A stretch of 64,000 nt of DNA from Pelomyxa schiedti (lineage: Eukaryota; Protista; Evosea). A model generated the notes under the pieces. That model was not told the origin of the DNA and searched no databases. It saw only the letters and a list, made by a program, of their open reading frames with translations. The stretch lies in contig JAHLWZ010000165.1 of assembly GCA_020536535.1 (NCBI GenBank), positions 1-64,000 of the forward strand, read 5' to 3'. Positions 37,027 to 50,759 of the stretch are shown here, piece by piece (positions within the stretch are counted from its first letter, which is position 1; each line of letters opens with the position of its first letter). The translations under genes and the position numbers were made by a program.

Positions 37027-40000
37027 ATGAACCAAAGCCACACCAACAAGCCCAGCGGCGGCCCCGACGACAGCAGCGGCGTTGGCGTTGTTGGTGGCAG
37101 CAGCGGCGCCATCAAGATGAGCCGCATCGCAGTCGCCGACCGCGCCGACGGAGCCGGGTCGCCGAAGCGACGCCGCAAAGGGGGCGAGGGCGACGCTACC
37201 AAACAAAGCCAGGACGACGAAGACGATGACGACGACGAGGACGCCGACTGCGATGGAGCCACTGGCAGTAATAACAACAATACAACCGCATGTAAAAATA
37301 GCAATAGCAACAGCAACAACAGCGGCAACAACAACGGCAACGTCAGCGTCAGCCGCAGCAATAGCAACGACAGCAACGACGGCGAAAAGAAACCAACAAC
37401 AACTACTACTACTACCACTACCACCACAACTACGAGTGCGTGTAGTAGTGAGAGCAGCTCTAAGAGCGAAATCGGCGCTGGTGTCGGTGCAAGTTTAAAT
37501 GCAAATGCAAATGGAAATGGAGGTGACAAAAGTGATAATGGTGATGGGAGAAATGCCCAGCACACACACAAACAGGAAGAGGAGCAGGGGGAGGGGAAAG
37601 AAAACGGGGAGAAGGAAGGGGGTGACCTTCCAAAGGCCAAATTCAAAACAAAGAGCAGCCTTTTGAGGGACAAAATCCACAAAGTAAAATTGCGTCACAT
37701 AACAGTGACGAAAGTGCAACCTGCCTTGAGACTGAGGAACCTGAAAACTGACAAACTTGTTGGTGAAGTAGAAAAAGAAGCGAAACCAGTCAAGATAACT
37801 GTAACTTCCCCTGCTCATCTTAACTCTTCTCATTAAACTTTCTCAAGAAGGCCAATACCTCCACTAAGCATGATCAGCACCACCACGCATTGCATTCTGT
37901 AGTCATTCACAAAACTTCCAAAACACGCACAGATGATCCTTTTATCCGAAATATTCCCACATCTGGTTTTGGTTTTTGGATTAAGGTTCTATTATCCCTT
38001 ATAATGCCAACATCTCAATTCAACAGATGGGGGTGCTTCTTGCAGGTGTATTACTAGCAGCTTGGGTCCTTCAACTTTTATGTCTTGGTCTTGATAAAGC
38101 CTCAAGTGGGTGGACACCATACAAACTCTCCTCGGAAATGGTCCAACACTATGACTACAGCCTGAAGGCATTCTTCTATACTTTATTCAATCCGTCACCA
38201 GCTCAATGTATTATCCTCATACTAGTATTAATAGTGATTATCAACAGCTCGAGCATTACTTCAGTCTGTTACTAATGCTATGGCTTTTGTCTTTGGTTTA
38301 ATGATTACCATTATTGGTATTACCTTACAATTTGCCTCTGATAAGTCAACTTCACATGTTTCTTCACTGGTATTTCTTTTCTTTTTCTTACTCTTTTGTT
38401 CTCAAGTACTGCCTTCAGTTTTTCAAAGACAAAGTCATACTTGGACTTATGACTTTTGTGTTGATCACCTGCGCCTTGATTTCTTGGGTTTTTTTGGAAG
38501 TTGGTGACTTCCACTCCCCTAGATTAAGTGTTGGTGTGTCACACTTTTCCCTCTCTTATCTTAAAATGTTAAAGTGATCAGTGTTGCCTGTACGACTTTT
38601 CAGCTTGTACTACTGATACCATTCCTTGCCTACTTGTTTATGTTTCTTGATACGGAGAAAGTGGATGCCAATATAGTTGAACGAGGAATCAATGGAGTTA
38701 TCAGGGGTATAAATGGGACTGGACAAAACGCGGCAAATCAAGTAGGTTTTTTTTTTTTTCCCCTTTTTCTGGTATAATTTTTTTACTCAAAAACCTATTT
38801 AGGCTTTAGTAGCCACTACAGTGGAATTTCTGATGGATGGTGCCTTTACTGCTATAAAAAAGAAGCACCAAGCAATTGCATCAGAGACTGTTGATGCTAT
38901 GTGCTCCTTTTGCATGCATTATCTGGAATTGAAACCAAAAGTTTGGATGAGACAGTCATATGGTTTTTTTCACTTTTCTCATAGACAAAACCCCAGTGGT
39001 TTGATTTGTCAAGTGATGTTCTCCGAAATGCAGATTTCTTCTTGCTGTGTGCTTTTTTCCTCCCATTTAATGTCACGACTCACAAAGAGTTCGTAAATAG
39101 AAATCCATCTACCCTGGAGGAGGTTCGTCCAATGTGGGTTGAATGGAAAGTATTGCGTCAGTATCAAGTACTTTTCTTGGAGGTAGTTATTATCCCTTCT
39201 GTCCTAAACTAATTAGGAAAGGCCCTTAGATGGCTTAAAGAAATGTGCTATCACATTTGCATTAACACAAGACTAATTGCGGAATCATCCGCTATTACTG
39301 ACAACCTGGAAGTCTTGGACATGAGCATCAAATTTTTCAATACCTACCTCAGAGCTGCAATAAACTGTAATGATGTGAAAGTTATATATAATACCCTGTT
39401 TCAGTACAGGCAACTAGCCGAGGTACTTGTGGACTCGACTAGAGGTTCATCACTCCTTTTATGATTCAATTCTCATTTCAACAGGTGTGGCCAACAGGGA
39501 TGCCTCCCGTCGTGCCTTGAAAATAGCAAAATTTCAGCTTTATTACTGCTCTGTCATGTTTGATAAAGCAAAGGCCCCGGGTTTTGGCTATTTTCTGTTT
39601 CTTGTGGAAACAATTGCTCAAGATCTAAGGGTTCTATGTGAGGTTGCCACACGAAGCTTAGCATCTCTTGCCGTACATTTCCACCTTCTTCACTCAATCC
39701 CGTCTCGGCTCAATTCTACTTAGGGTGAGAGCAATAAAGAGCTTTCTTTTTTCAAGGAACTCCACAAAAAGCTACTTGAGGTAAAATCGAGTATTAAACC
39801 CCTATCTCTTAAAGCAACACCACACCAGGTGTTCCTGAGCATCAGTGATTTTGCCAAAAATAATCGTGGTGTCATCCGTGCCCAAGTTATTTTAGCGGCA
39901 TTTTATCTCTCCCAGATACAAGTTCCTGGTTATATTGGGTACGCAAGAAGAATTAAGGCCCAGCTCGACAGGTTACTTTTTACACCACCCAAAATCTCCT

Positions 40001-40416
40001 TAAACAAGGTAGGGAGCCTCAAAAAGATCTTCTTCTATCGGTCAAAGATGAACTACAAAACGCCGCAACCAGAGAATTCTGGGAAGTGAGTGAGAGAGGA
40101 ACCAACTTTAAGTACCTGGAACCACACTTGCGGCCTTTCCTGCAAACTTTCTACGAATATTTTGATTGGCATGTGAACCATGAAGAGATGAGAGCCAAGT
40201 TTATGAGTACCAAATGTGTGTTGAAAGAGAAACTCTCCAACCTGTAATCTAACAACAAACACAGCCGGTATTGACCTGCGTGTGCAGCAGGACTTAGAGA
40301 ACTTTGAGTCCGAATTCCGCACACAACCAGATACCAAGTATGAAACAGATGAGGACCAACCTCCAGAAGAGGAGCTTCTTGAAGAAGGAGCTTTCAGTGA
40401 TGGAGAGGACCTGTAA
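37027..40416 (+). CDS. Multi-pass membrane protein, DUF2254-like, with low-complexity N-terminus
   Basis: Four to five hydrophobic helices (AFVFGLMITIIGITLQFA; LVLLIPFLAYLFMFLD), then WVEWKVLRQY, INTRLIAE, IKFFNTYLRAAIN..DVKVIYNTLFQYRQLAE. Many introns. Confidence 0.6.
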
Positions 40417-40547
40417 TTACTTTACCACTGTAATTACTCTATCAACACACACCTCCCAAGCAAAGCCACAACACACAAACGATTTTGTAAAAACAAGTTG
40501 TCCTAAGTTTTTATTTCTAATTTCTATCTATTCTTTTCATCGTGGAG

Positions 40548-41488
40548 ATGGCGCGGAACTCGGAGAAAAACCTATGCGAGTTGAATAGGTTGTGGTTACA
40601 ACAACAAGGCATGTCATTTGTTCCTTCAACAAAGTTAGTGCTTGCTTTTGTCTATTTGCAAAGACTAACTTGAGAAAATGGTTTCATTGTCAGATAGAGG
40701 AGAGCCAACAACACCCACAACGACCAAAATTGGTTGATGCTTTTTACTCTACAATTTATTTTTTTTTTTAACCCAGCCCAGAGTTCATTGCATAGTGCTT
40801 CGGCAGTGAGGAGATGGATTCCATCTATCAAAGCAGAAATTTCCTTTTGCGTTGATCAGCTCTCTGGGATACGACCTTACCCGCAGTATAAAATAGACGA
40901 GTTCGAGGGTTTGTGTTGTTATGTTTGAGTGACTTAATAATGTGCAAATAGAACGACTAGCACATCTAGAGGGGGAGTACAAACGATTCGTCTCCAAAGT
41001 AATTTGATATGTTACCTTTAAGCTTAATATTCCCAGGCCGGTGCCCTGGACCCCACTGCTCCATACCTACCCGGTGCACCACATGCATATGTTAGAAAGA
41101 GAACCTTAAAGTAATACTTTGACAATTCCGCACAAGTACCATAAACTAACGAAAACAATAACAAAAAAGTAAGGAAAACCCTTCAGGCACTGTTGAATGC
41201 TCCGCTCCAATTGATTCGGACTTGCACCAACAAGCTGCAGTCCCCATGTATTCCAGTTCTTTTAACAATCTAGCAACATCCCCCCAACCACCCGAAATTC
41301 TCACACACCAGGACCCACTCCCCAATGTCCATGACAATCCCAATCCCAACACAATCACAATCAGCACCACCACCGAGAGCAGTGGTACTACACCTAGCCC
41401 CTCTGTGACATTGGACACAAGCCCCACCACCACTACCCACATTGCATCCCAATGCCTTTCATCACTGTCTGGCTACACCTCCGACTGA
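40548..41488 (+). CDS. Isy1-like domain protein
   Basis: MARNSEKNLCELNRLWLQ start (Isy1-type MARNxEK), RPKL, VRRWIPSIKAEI, EYKRFVSK, LPGAPHAY. Confidence 0.7.
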
Positions 41489-41607
41489 TTCCCTTCTGTG
41501 AAACTTCCCAGAAACCTGTTCCAAATTTCTTCGTTTGTTCTCTGTTGCGGGGACGACCAAAAAAAAAAAAAAAACCACGCCGAGAGGTGCCGGCTGTTGT
41601 TTACGGG

Positions 41608-43573
41608 ATGGACTCGCTGCTTTCATCGATGGAGACTTTGGTTCCGATCGACGTTGGTCGTATGATTGTACGACTGGCTGGTTTCAGCTACTGGTCCGAT
41701 GTACACCACCACTAAACCCAAATCTCTCCCTCACTCCGTGGGTGGCATCAACTGAAATGAAATGAAATGAAATGCACACCAGGTGTTTGTCAAGTACAAT
41801 GAACTGAGGAAGAAGCAAACCCAGTGGGGAAAAACCTACTCTGCACCCGCTTCGAGGGCGGCGGCACAGTGGAGGACAGCCAGCGCAGGTATGGTCGGCG
41901 AGGCTGCGCCCAGTTTGGATTACATTCTGAGCAGCCTGACTTCCAATCCTGGAGACACTGAGCATAGGAGGCAACTTTTTTCGCACGCGCGCAGGCCGTA
42001 CACTGTTATGCTGCAGGAGTGCGCTCTCGTTGAGGTGGCCCTATTTATGTGTTACTTTCTTTATCAAATGATTTATAGAACGCAAGTTATTGCATAGGAA
42101 ATAATAGACTATTCTTGTAAGACTAAAAAACCTTGCTAGAGTGGTAATAGCCCGTGTTTCAACTTCGATTTGCCTTCACCTTTGGGAAAACGTGCCACTG
42201 AGATTTTTGTTATCTCTGACTTCAGTGGGGAACTTGACGTGAGATGCGCTGATGGCTCTTCAGGCTCTCTAATACTGCCGGATGTGAAGCCTCATCCTGT
42301 CTCAGTGACTCGCATCAAATGTTACAAGTTTTCATATGGCCCGAAAAGAACAAATGCACCCCCAGATCATATTACTCTCCAGTTCACGAAGTGTATTTCT
42401 TCCTATGTCCCTCACTCTTCGTTTGTTGCAGGTTTTCTACCCTTTTCACTCATCTTTTTTTGTTTTTTTTTCCCCAACACCTCTTCTGTAACAGTTGTTG
42501 CTGCTGATGTAGAGGCTGTAGAGCAAATCAAAAAAGTGTTTACGAGACGCAAACTGCTAAAATTCTTACCGCATGTTTGTTATTCACAGAATGCTCTGTC
42601 AATAACCCCCAGAAAATTTCAAATAGGTTAAGAAATCTATTGAGGCTGCCCCACTAGAAATGGTCATGGAATGCAAGCTGCAGTGTCTGAGTGATTTACC
42701 ACTCTTTATCTACAACAAAATACTTGAAGAGTATGAAAAAGCTTTACCAAACCTCTCGAGCCTTGTAAGGAATAAAGTTTCCTTCTCTCAGACACAGTCA
42801 TCACCTGCTCTACCTTTTAGCAACCAGTTTCTCAGCAGCACCAAAACTGAGCGCATTTTCCAATCTCCCCCTACCGAAATTCAATTATTCACTGTTAACG
42901 GTACAATTTCTCCCCTTGGTATGCTTTTTTTTTAACAAAAAACCTTATATAGACTCCTACGCTGTCACTCTGAGAGCAGATGGCACCTGCAGAATAGGAC
43001 ATACTACTACCAAAGCTTTCAAATATGTAAGAGATTAATGTGGTATACCACTTAAAGTAAGATCTCCTAGACCCTTATTAGTCAGGACATCAATGAAGGC
43101 ACATGGAGATCACTCCCCCCCCTTACCAATTCCACGCTTGAAATAGACATGAGGTTCATTGCACTCCTAACTGCCGAGGGTGGCATACGGTTTGTAATAC
43201 AAACCCCCAAAAACTTTCAATCCCTCTCAACAAGTAACAAAACACCAGATTCTCCAAGATTGCTGATGGTGCCGATGTTACCATAAATAATAAGCAAGTG
43301 GTCAATACGCTGAGGGCGCTAATCACCGCCATCCCCGCGACTCCTCCAAAAACAGATAATAGATTCACCTACTCACTGGCTTTCCAGCCTTCATCAGTTC
43401 CAGTGACTTTGCCGGAGGTTCCCAGGGCGGAATTGACGAATCCAACCTGGCCTGTGAGTTCCAAGAAACCACCTACCACTACAACAACAATTGTTGCAAG
43501 TGTGAATGTGGCTGACATGTTGAAAACCCTTCTGGAACCAACCACTTGGATTGCTCCTTTCTTCATGGTGTAA
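41608..43573 (+). CDS. Hypothetical protein (multi-exon)
   Basis: Chain of ORF segments separated by short GT-AG introns; no family recognised. Confidence 0.55.
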
Positions 43574-43663
43574 ACTACGCACAATGATAAATTTTAAACA
43601 TTCTTCTTTTTCCTTGTCAAGTTTTACAATAACATTACCTCATAAACAGAGGTCTTGTGTTCC

Positions 43664-45671
43664 TTAGAAGGCAATGATAAAAGTCATGAAGCACAGGAGT
43701 GCAAGCTGAACGTGGGGGAGAGAAGAAACAGCCATACTAGTGGAGGGTGTGTGGGAGGTACTGTCACTTGGGCTTGGGGGAACCCAGCCGGAAGCTGAAT
43801 GTAAGCCTTCCTATTGGGTGAATGGGTCCCTAATCAAAAACGCATTGGGGGAAAAACTTACTACAACAGGGTCACTGCATTCGGCAAGGCTGGGGCGTGT
43901 AGGAGAAAGAATGAGTTCGATATCTGCACGGTGTTTTGGTGGGAATAAGTATTATTGTCAGTTGGGGTGAAAAAACCGTCCAACCAGAGTTCCACGGTAT
44001 TGCCGGAATTCTACTTGTTTTGGTTTTTCTTAGTGTTCATTTTATTGGGTTTAGTGTAACCTGAAAATAGACAGTATTTATGAAGTCTGGACAATTAATG
44101 ACTGTCAAGTTGAGTTCAAAAAGTTGCCAAGAACTGGTGAGAGTTGTAAACAACGCTGTGTCACTGATTATGGAATCTAGATTATCATGCAGAGTCACCA
44201 TCAGTGACTCAAACGACCCCGTCACTCGCGCCCAGAATTGAAGTGTATCAAATTGGTTCCTTGATTACTTAAGATAAGTGCTTTAAAGGGTTTGCTCACC
44301 TTGTGGCAGGGATATTGGTACCAATGTTAATTCCGTCCCAGGCGTCGAAGTTGAGGTCCAGAGAAGATGTTCCGGAATGCTTTGTTGAAGTGTCAATCGA
44401 CCCAAGACTGCCCCATTTTTCCCAGGGCCCTGGTGGTCGGTAAAGAGTAGACAAGTATTGAATTTCTATGTACCTTCAAAGTCGTCATCAAACAGAATTC
44501 CGAAGTTGTTTGGCGGTTCACAGCACTCTGGAGAGCTTCCCCCAAACCCGTAGGGTACTTGATCAAACTGACTGGGACCATCCACAACAGCACCGCCAAT
44601 CACCTCATTTACAATCACAGTGATTTGTTGGCCTGTCAGTGAGGTGACACGAACGTGAAGTGGAGTTGTAGTATTGAATCCATCTCCGTTTGGGTGAACT
44701 TCAAATTCATTCCATTCCTTTTTTTCAGAGTAAAAAGATGGAAAAACCCCAGAAAAGGAGACAAAGAGGGCATAATTAAAGGCAAACCTGACGAGGTATT
44801 GTTTCCCAAGCATCTGTTCCTCCATGTTGAGAAACCTCCAGAGAAAGGACTCCGACACGATGATTAACAACTGTGAACGCAGTATAGTACTCAGAGGAAT
44901 CCTACTTTCGCGATAAGAAGGGAAATTCCAGAAAAGGAAAAGAAACCTCTTTAATGAGAAGTTTAATGGGCCCATCAACATCACAGGAGATCATTCTGTA
45001 AGTGACATTTTCACTTCCCATTCCTGTCCTGGGGTCCTGCCAAAGAATGAGAGGAACTGAAGCTCCAAAGTAACTTGCATACCATCAGTACATCAAATGC
45101 CTGCGGACTTAGATCAAAGTGTGCATAAGGCTCGCTACAATCCGGGCAGCTGTCAGTTACCTGAGAAGGGGGGTTTTTATTTGCATTTATTTATCCAGCT
45201 GGAAATACCATTAATCGGACTGCACTGATAGGTCCAACCAATTCATAGCATATTCCACACGCAATAACATCCTGTGTGATGTAAACTAAATTCACGGTTA
45301 TCTTCGGTAGGCTTACATCTCCATACTGCGGCATGAAGTATATGACATTACTGGGTGCTGCTGTGAAATTATAGCCCGGTCCAGAAGGTCCGTTGGTAGG
45401 TCCAAACTGAATTTATGTAACTGTGGTTTCCCTTCCCCAGTATCCTTAGTAACCTGGCATTTTCCCGAGGTCTGTGTCAAGTCCACACTTGTTTTTTTAG
45501 TTTTTTTTGAAGTTTTGATCAATAGTGGTGCTAATTAGATGACAAGACAACATACTCATAGTGTGTGATCATCCCCTCAGTGCAAGGTTCCATTGGACGA
45601 GAGGGTTCTCGCACCGCGCCCACAAACGCGCCTCCCATAATAACAACCATCGACCACAGTAGAGGCGACAT
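43664..45671 (-). CDS. Expansin-like secreted/surface protein with extra C-terminal domain and hydrophobic tail
   Basis: Signal peptide; DPBB motifs ACGICYEL and VTDSCPDC...HFDLSPQAF; expansin D2-like VNHRVGVLSLEV..W....WNEF..VRVTSLTGQ; Ser/Pro stalk and terminal LALLCFMTFIIAF*. Confidence 0.8.
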
Positions 45672-46030
45672 GTCCACAAAAAGCCGAACGGCTGAAACGA
45701 TAGAAGAAAATCGCGGAATGACGCCGAACTGTTCTATCTGCCGGGCACGGTCACTCCCGGGCAAATCAGACCAGAATCAGGGTCACTTGCGTTGGTGGTC
45801 ACTGGTGTTGTGGGCTAGAGGCCCCGCCAGCACCAGACCCAAATGGCACACCTTTTGGAGAAATAATGAAAATCAGATTGTTCCCCGAAAATACCAAATG
45901 CGGCACCCCAAAATCCAAGGAAGAACAACAAACAAACAAACAAAAACCAAACCGCGATAGCCCACGAACTGGCCCCGCGAGCGACACCAGGAGATCTGAT
46001 CTGATCTGCGGGATTACCATCACGTTTACT

Positions 46031-47497
46031 ATGACGATGACAACGACTCCACAACACGCGGGAAGCGTGACGTGCGCTGGTGGTGCCGTGGTTACGGTAG
46101 ACATTGGGCCGCTCATCGTACTTTCGCCGGTGATTCGCGCCCAAATAAAGAACTCGTGGCCGCACAGAGACGTCGCCGTTGGTGTTGCGTTGCCAGAAGT
46201 CAGTGACGTAGTGTTGTTGAAGGTTGGTTTTCGTTTCCTTCTTTTCCCCTCCCTTGCGATAAGGAAATCTTTGTTCTTATACTTGCAGATTTTAGGATTC
46301 TGTGCGGATTTTCTCAGGCTAGGAGCTGCTGTTACTTCAAAGTGGGAGGCTGATTTTTCATCAATGGAGACCTCTACTTTATGTGAAATTGCATCTGTAT
46401 GATTTTTTTTTTCTTTTTAGAGGTTTTCCAATGAAAGTCCATGCAGGCTTCTCATCATCTGCAACTCTCTTCTTTGATCGATGCCAGTTGCAAGGCCATA
46501 GCTGCTCTTATTAAGGGGAAAACACCTGCCGAAATTCGTGCTACTTTCAACATTCCTTACGATTTTGAACCTGGTTCCGACAGTGTGCCACTTTAGAAAG
46601 CACTTTATTTTTTTAACATTTGCCAGTGCCACCTCCCACCATGAGGGACAAACTTCGCAACAAATTGATCTTTCGCGCCAGGAGCCAAACCTTAAAGAAG
46701 CTCTCAAAACCAGCTGTGAAACCGCATCCAGAACAACCTAATACCACTTTCAGTTCAACAAAACTTCCCAAACAGCATTTCCAACCTTCACATAAACAAT
46801 GCAACTCCCAGCTCGTTGGCTCTGCAGTTGAGGAGACAATAAAGAAGACACCAAACAAAGACCCCGAAGTAAACCCAACAGAGCCTTCACATACTCTTTG
46901 TGACACTATTCTTCATTTACCCTTGACACCAGAACGGAACAACAATTCCCCGAATTGTAATGACCAGTCATCTCCACCCCCATCCCCAACTTCCCACACA
47001 AGCAACACACTCACGAATGAACCCCATATATTTTTCTACCCATCTCAGTGCACAACGCCATCCTCAGACCCTTCCGCACCTTCTCCAAAAGCCAGCTCCC
47101 CCATGGTTGACACTTGTTCCTCTCAGTTGAACCACAGTGATACCGATTCTGATTTGGGACAGCCACTTGAAAGCTCCTCTGCCAAGGAACATCTCTGTGA
47201 TATGAGTACCCCCCAGACAAGCTGTTGCGCTGGTGACACTCAGGACAGTGACGAAGAATTTGATATTCAACTAGAGGAATTTCGCAAGAAGCTTGAGTGG
47301 CCTCCACCCACTGTTGTAAGTCCCCTTCTTTAATGTTGTGTCACACCAAACTGCAAAAGAAAAAGAGCCTCTCTCCCCAGCTGCGGACCGCACTGCTGTC
47401 AAACCTGAAGGCGTTTTCTTCTATGCCTAACATTTCGGGGCCCCAGAGCAGCCCCTTGCCGGTGGGCTTCACTCCCAGCCCCACTCCGGCCATGTGA
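46031..47497 (+). CDS. SKP1-like protein with long C-terminal extension
   Basis: LPEVSDVVLLKILGFC..WEADF..TLCEIASASHHLQLSSLIDASCKAIAALIKGKTPAEIRATFNIPYDF; tail DEEFDIQLEEFRKKLEW. Confidence 0.8.
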
Positions 47498-47882
47498 CGA
47501 CACAGTGAGGCCAGCACCATCCCGGGATATGGATTTCCCTGAACACAAACACCACTTGGTCCCTCAGTCCCTCACCTGGACAGTTCGATTTCGAGTGTGT
47601 GGATGACTGGTTCTTGATGCTGGTGCTCACCCCCGAACATACCACTCTTTTCTCCAAATTACGTACACCACAATACTCTCAAATTGCACCCATACACCCT
47701 CTTTCTCCTAGTGCACATGCTTACCTGCATTCAGTCTGTGTGGAAGGTGGCAGTTGCACCAAAGGGAAATAAATTTCATACTACTTGCGTACTTTTTGAA
47801 GAAGAAAACAGTTTTTTCTGTTTAAGCAATGAATTTCCTTTAAGGCACCAAAAAACTTGTGTGCACAGGGAACAATATTTTA

Positions 47883-50541
47883 TTATTCCCACAAAACACA
47901 TACAGCTTTATCAGACGAAGCCACTTGGTGGCCAAGAGGGTTCCAATTAATTGCACAACCAGCCGACCTGAGAGATAGTTAAGGTGGAAAATCTTGAAAG
48001 GAGAATACTCACGTGGGTGTTCTGGGTGGTAGTATTTTTTCTAGTGCCTTGGTGCCGATGTTCCATACAAAAATGGCTCCGTTTGTTGATGCGGAAGCTA
48101 CGTACTTACCATCTGGGCTGTTTGTTTTGGAGGTTATAATGTGTTTTATTGTTATTATTAGTTATTGTGCTCTTTTGACCTGAAGCAAGCCTTTGTTGCC
48201 ACGCCAGCATAGAAGTCATCGTGCCTAGAAGTTGTTACGCTTTGGGTATGAGGATTGGAAGAGGAAACCTGAACGTAGCGACCTTGGCAAATGTACCGAT
48301 ATCCACTAGGTTAATTACATTGTCTCGCCCACATGATAAAGAGTACTTGGCATCTTGTAAACAGTTAGATTAGGGATTATGTGCGAGGCTCACCAGGCGA
48401 AAGACAAACGGAGAGTATGTGATTTTGATGTAGGCCATCAATGATGTGCTCAAGTTGACCTGTATGGATTAGTGATGTGTCAACAGAAGAAAAACAGGGG
48501 ACAAACCATTTCTCACATCCCAAAATCTCAAGCCTTTATCAATGTGGGCAGAAATGACCATTCCAGAAGAACAAAGGCACAAGTCGTTACAACTACTAAA
48601 ACACATTATCGTTCGTACACAGTAACCCTTGACAAGATCCCAAACTTTTAATGTGCGGTCATAACCGCCAGTTATCTATCATTCTCAGTGTAGGGTAAAT
48701 AGGAGAAAGAACTATACCACTTGCCGGGAGTTCTCTGCAAATGTTCCACAGTAGACTTTCCCTGTGTGGCCTGTCAAAGTGTGCTGTATGTTGTAAGAAT
48801 GTTCTCAAGGTTATTTGGGAGAAACCCGTAATTTTCCGTTATTCACAGTCCAAACTCTAGCGATGTTGTCGTTTGAACAGCCCAATACCAATTCATCATT
48901 CGCAGAGATATTGACACTGTTGATACCTTGCATGGATCCTCCAAGAACGGACTTGGAAACACCTATCCAGTTTAGTCAGAATATTAATCCAAAAGAGAAT
49001 GAAAACCAGTTGCGACATCCCAGACTCGAATAAATTTATCGGTAGAACCTGTTACAAGGAGTGTTCCAGTTAGGTTATACAACACTGAATTGATGTCTGC
49101 TTGATGCCCTTCCTTTAAATCTGTCACAATAAAACGGGAATTAATTTCGATACCAGCAGTTTTCTTGCTGCAGTCGGAATTTTAACATGGGTTGCATCAA
49201 ACCTCCTAGGAAAAGTCAACTTAGGGGTGTTTTAAAAAGCAGTACATATTCGCATCAAGTGCAGAAGCTGATCTAAGGAATACAGCAGCCTTAGGCTCTG
49301 GAGTTGGTGAAACAGGAGGCTTAGCAGACTAGAGTCCTGATAAGCCCAAAAACGAAAAAGGTAATAGAAAACCTCTTGTCTGGCTTGAAAAGTGATGTTT
49401 TCTTCATTCATTCTACTAGCTATCTCACTTTTCCGTCTCAATTCTCGGTCTACAAGCTAATGGAAAGCACTTCAGAACCAGAAATCCAAAAAAGGTTCTA
49501 TACCACAGAGTTCTCTGCTCTCAGTTGTTTTGCTTTTTCTTCTTGTTTTATATAGTCTATCTGGGGAAAATTAATACCTCACAAAATCAAGAAAGGTACC
49601 TGAAGGCTGTGTAATTCGCTCCTGAGAATTGACATGGTCGTTTCTTTTTCCCGTAGATCACTTTCCAATTTTTTACGTGCCATTTCATCCTCAGAAAATT
49701 GAGACCGTAAGTCAGAAAGTCTTTTATAGTAAGAAATGACCCCATAGTGGGAGATTACTCTTTTTCTTTTGCAGCGATCTTGGCAGTTAATTGCTTGTTT
49801 TCTTCTGTGAGTTGGTATATTGTCTTCCCGTACTCCGAATTCCGTTTAAGTGTGTCAGTTAATTCGTTGGTTAGCTTGGTGACCATCTGTTGATAAGATG
49901 AAGCACTGTTCAAAGTAAGCTGTGCTAAGGATACGGTATTTACTTCTCATTGGTTGTAGGAACGGTTTTTGCTCGCCGGAAGTTGGCATTTTCAATACGC
50001 AGTTGACCAACCTCTTGGTCAAGTGTGTGGTTTTGTGAAACCAAAACAGCTTCGTGCTGCAGAAGCTCGGTGTCTAGTAAGAATGTGAAAACAAAGAAGA
50101 CCGAGTAGTAGGGCGTTTACTCCGTTCTATAAGTTGGGTCACGTCCGACGATTTAATCATGTCACGCGCCATTAACAGATTGAAAATGCACTGCTTGACC
50201 AAGGGAGGGCACTCTATCGTAGCACCAACAACGGGAGTCATGCCAGGCTGTGCTGGCGGCGTAACGCTTGCGAAAACAGGGGCCACCGTAGGCGACGGCG
50301 GCGTCGGCAGTGCACTCAATGCCGGTTGAAGTGATGCCATCTGCGACGACGCGGTAACATAAGAAACAGGTTGTATAGGTGGGCTCAGTGGTGCAACAAC
50401 AGTGACAGCAGCCGAAGCGGCGACGACAGACGTTCCGGTGGTATCAACATCCGTTGGCGGTCCCGTGACATAAGGCGGTTGCACTGGAGTGGTTGGGATC
50501 TCGTTGTTTGCCGTAACACCACCTTCCACATACGACGCCAT
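47883..50541 (-). CDS. ATG16: Autophagy protein 16 (coiled-coil + WD40)
   Basis: N-terminal IFNLLMARD helix, long coiled coil ending LRAENSVLVDRELRRKSEIASRMNEEN, then WD40 repeats (GGYDRTLKVWDL, SAHIDKGLRFWD, SPDGKYVASASTNGAIFVWN). Confidence 0.8.
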
Positions 50542-50759
50542 CCACTACTACCTTCGTTTTTTTTTTTTTTTTGTGTTGTTTTTGTTGCCGTTTCAAGATC
50601 TAAACACTGGGAAAACCCCGATTCTCCTCGACTTGCTGGTAGATCGACCTCAGTTCCAAGCACGGGTAGATCCATGACCATGAAGTACCACAAGAGAGAG
50701 GAGACAAATGCATGTTCATCACATTCTGATGATCATTGCACTTCCAAGAAATATAATTG

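Noticed and set aside
49905-49942. GTATCCTT (perfect U12 donor) on the minus strand in ATG16
   Set aside because: Using it leaves an in-frame TAA; the upstream GTAAAT donor gives a normal frame-preserving 38-nt intron.
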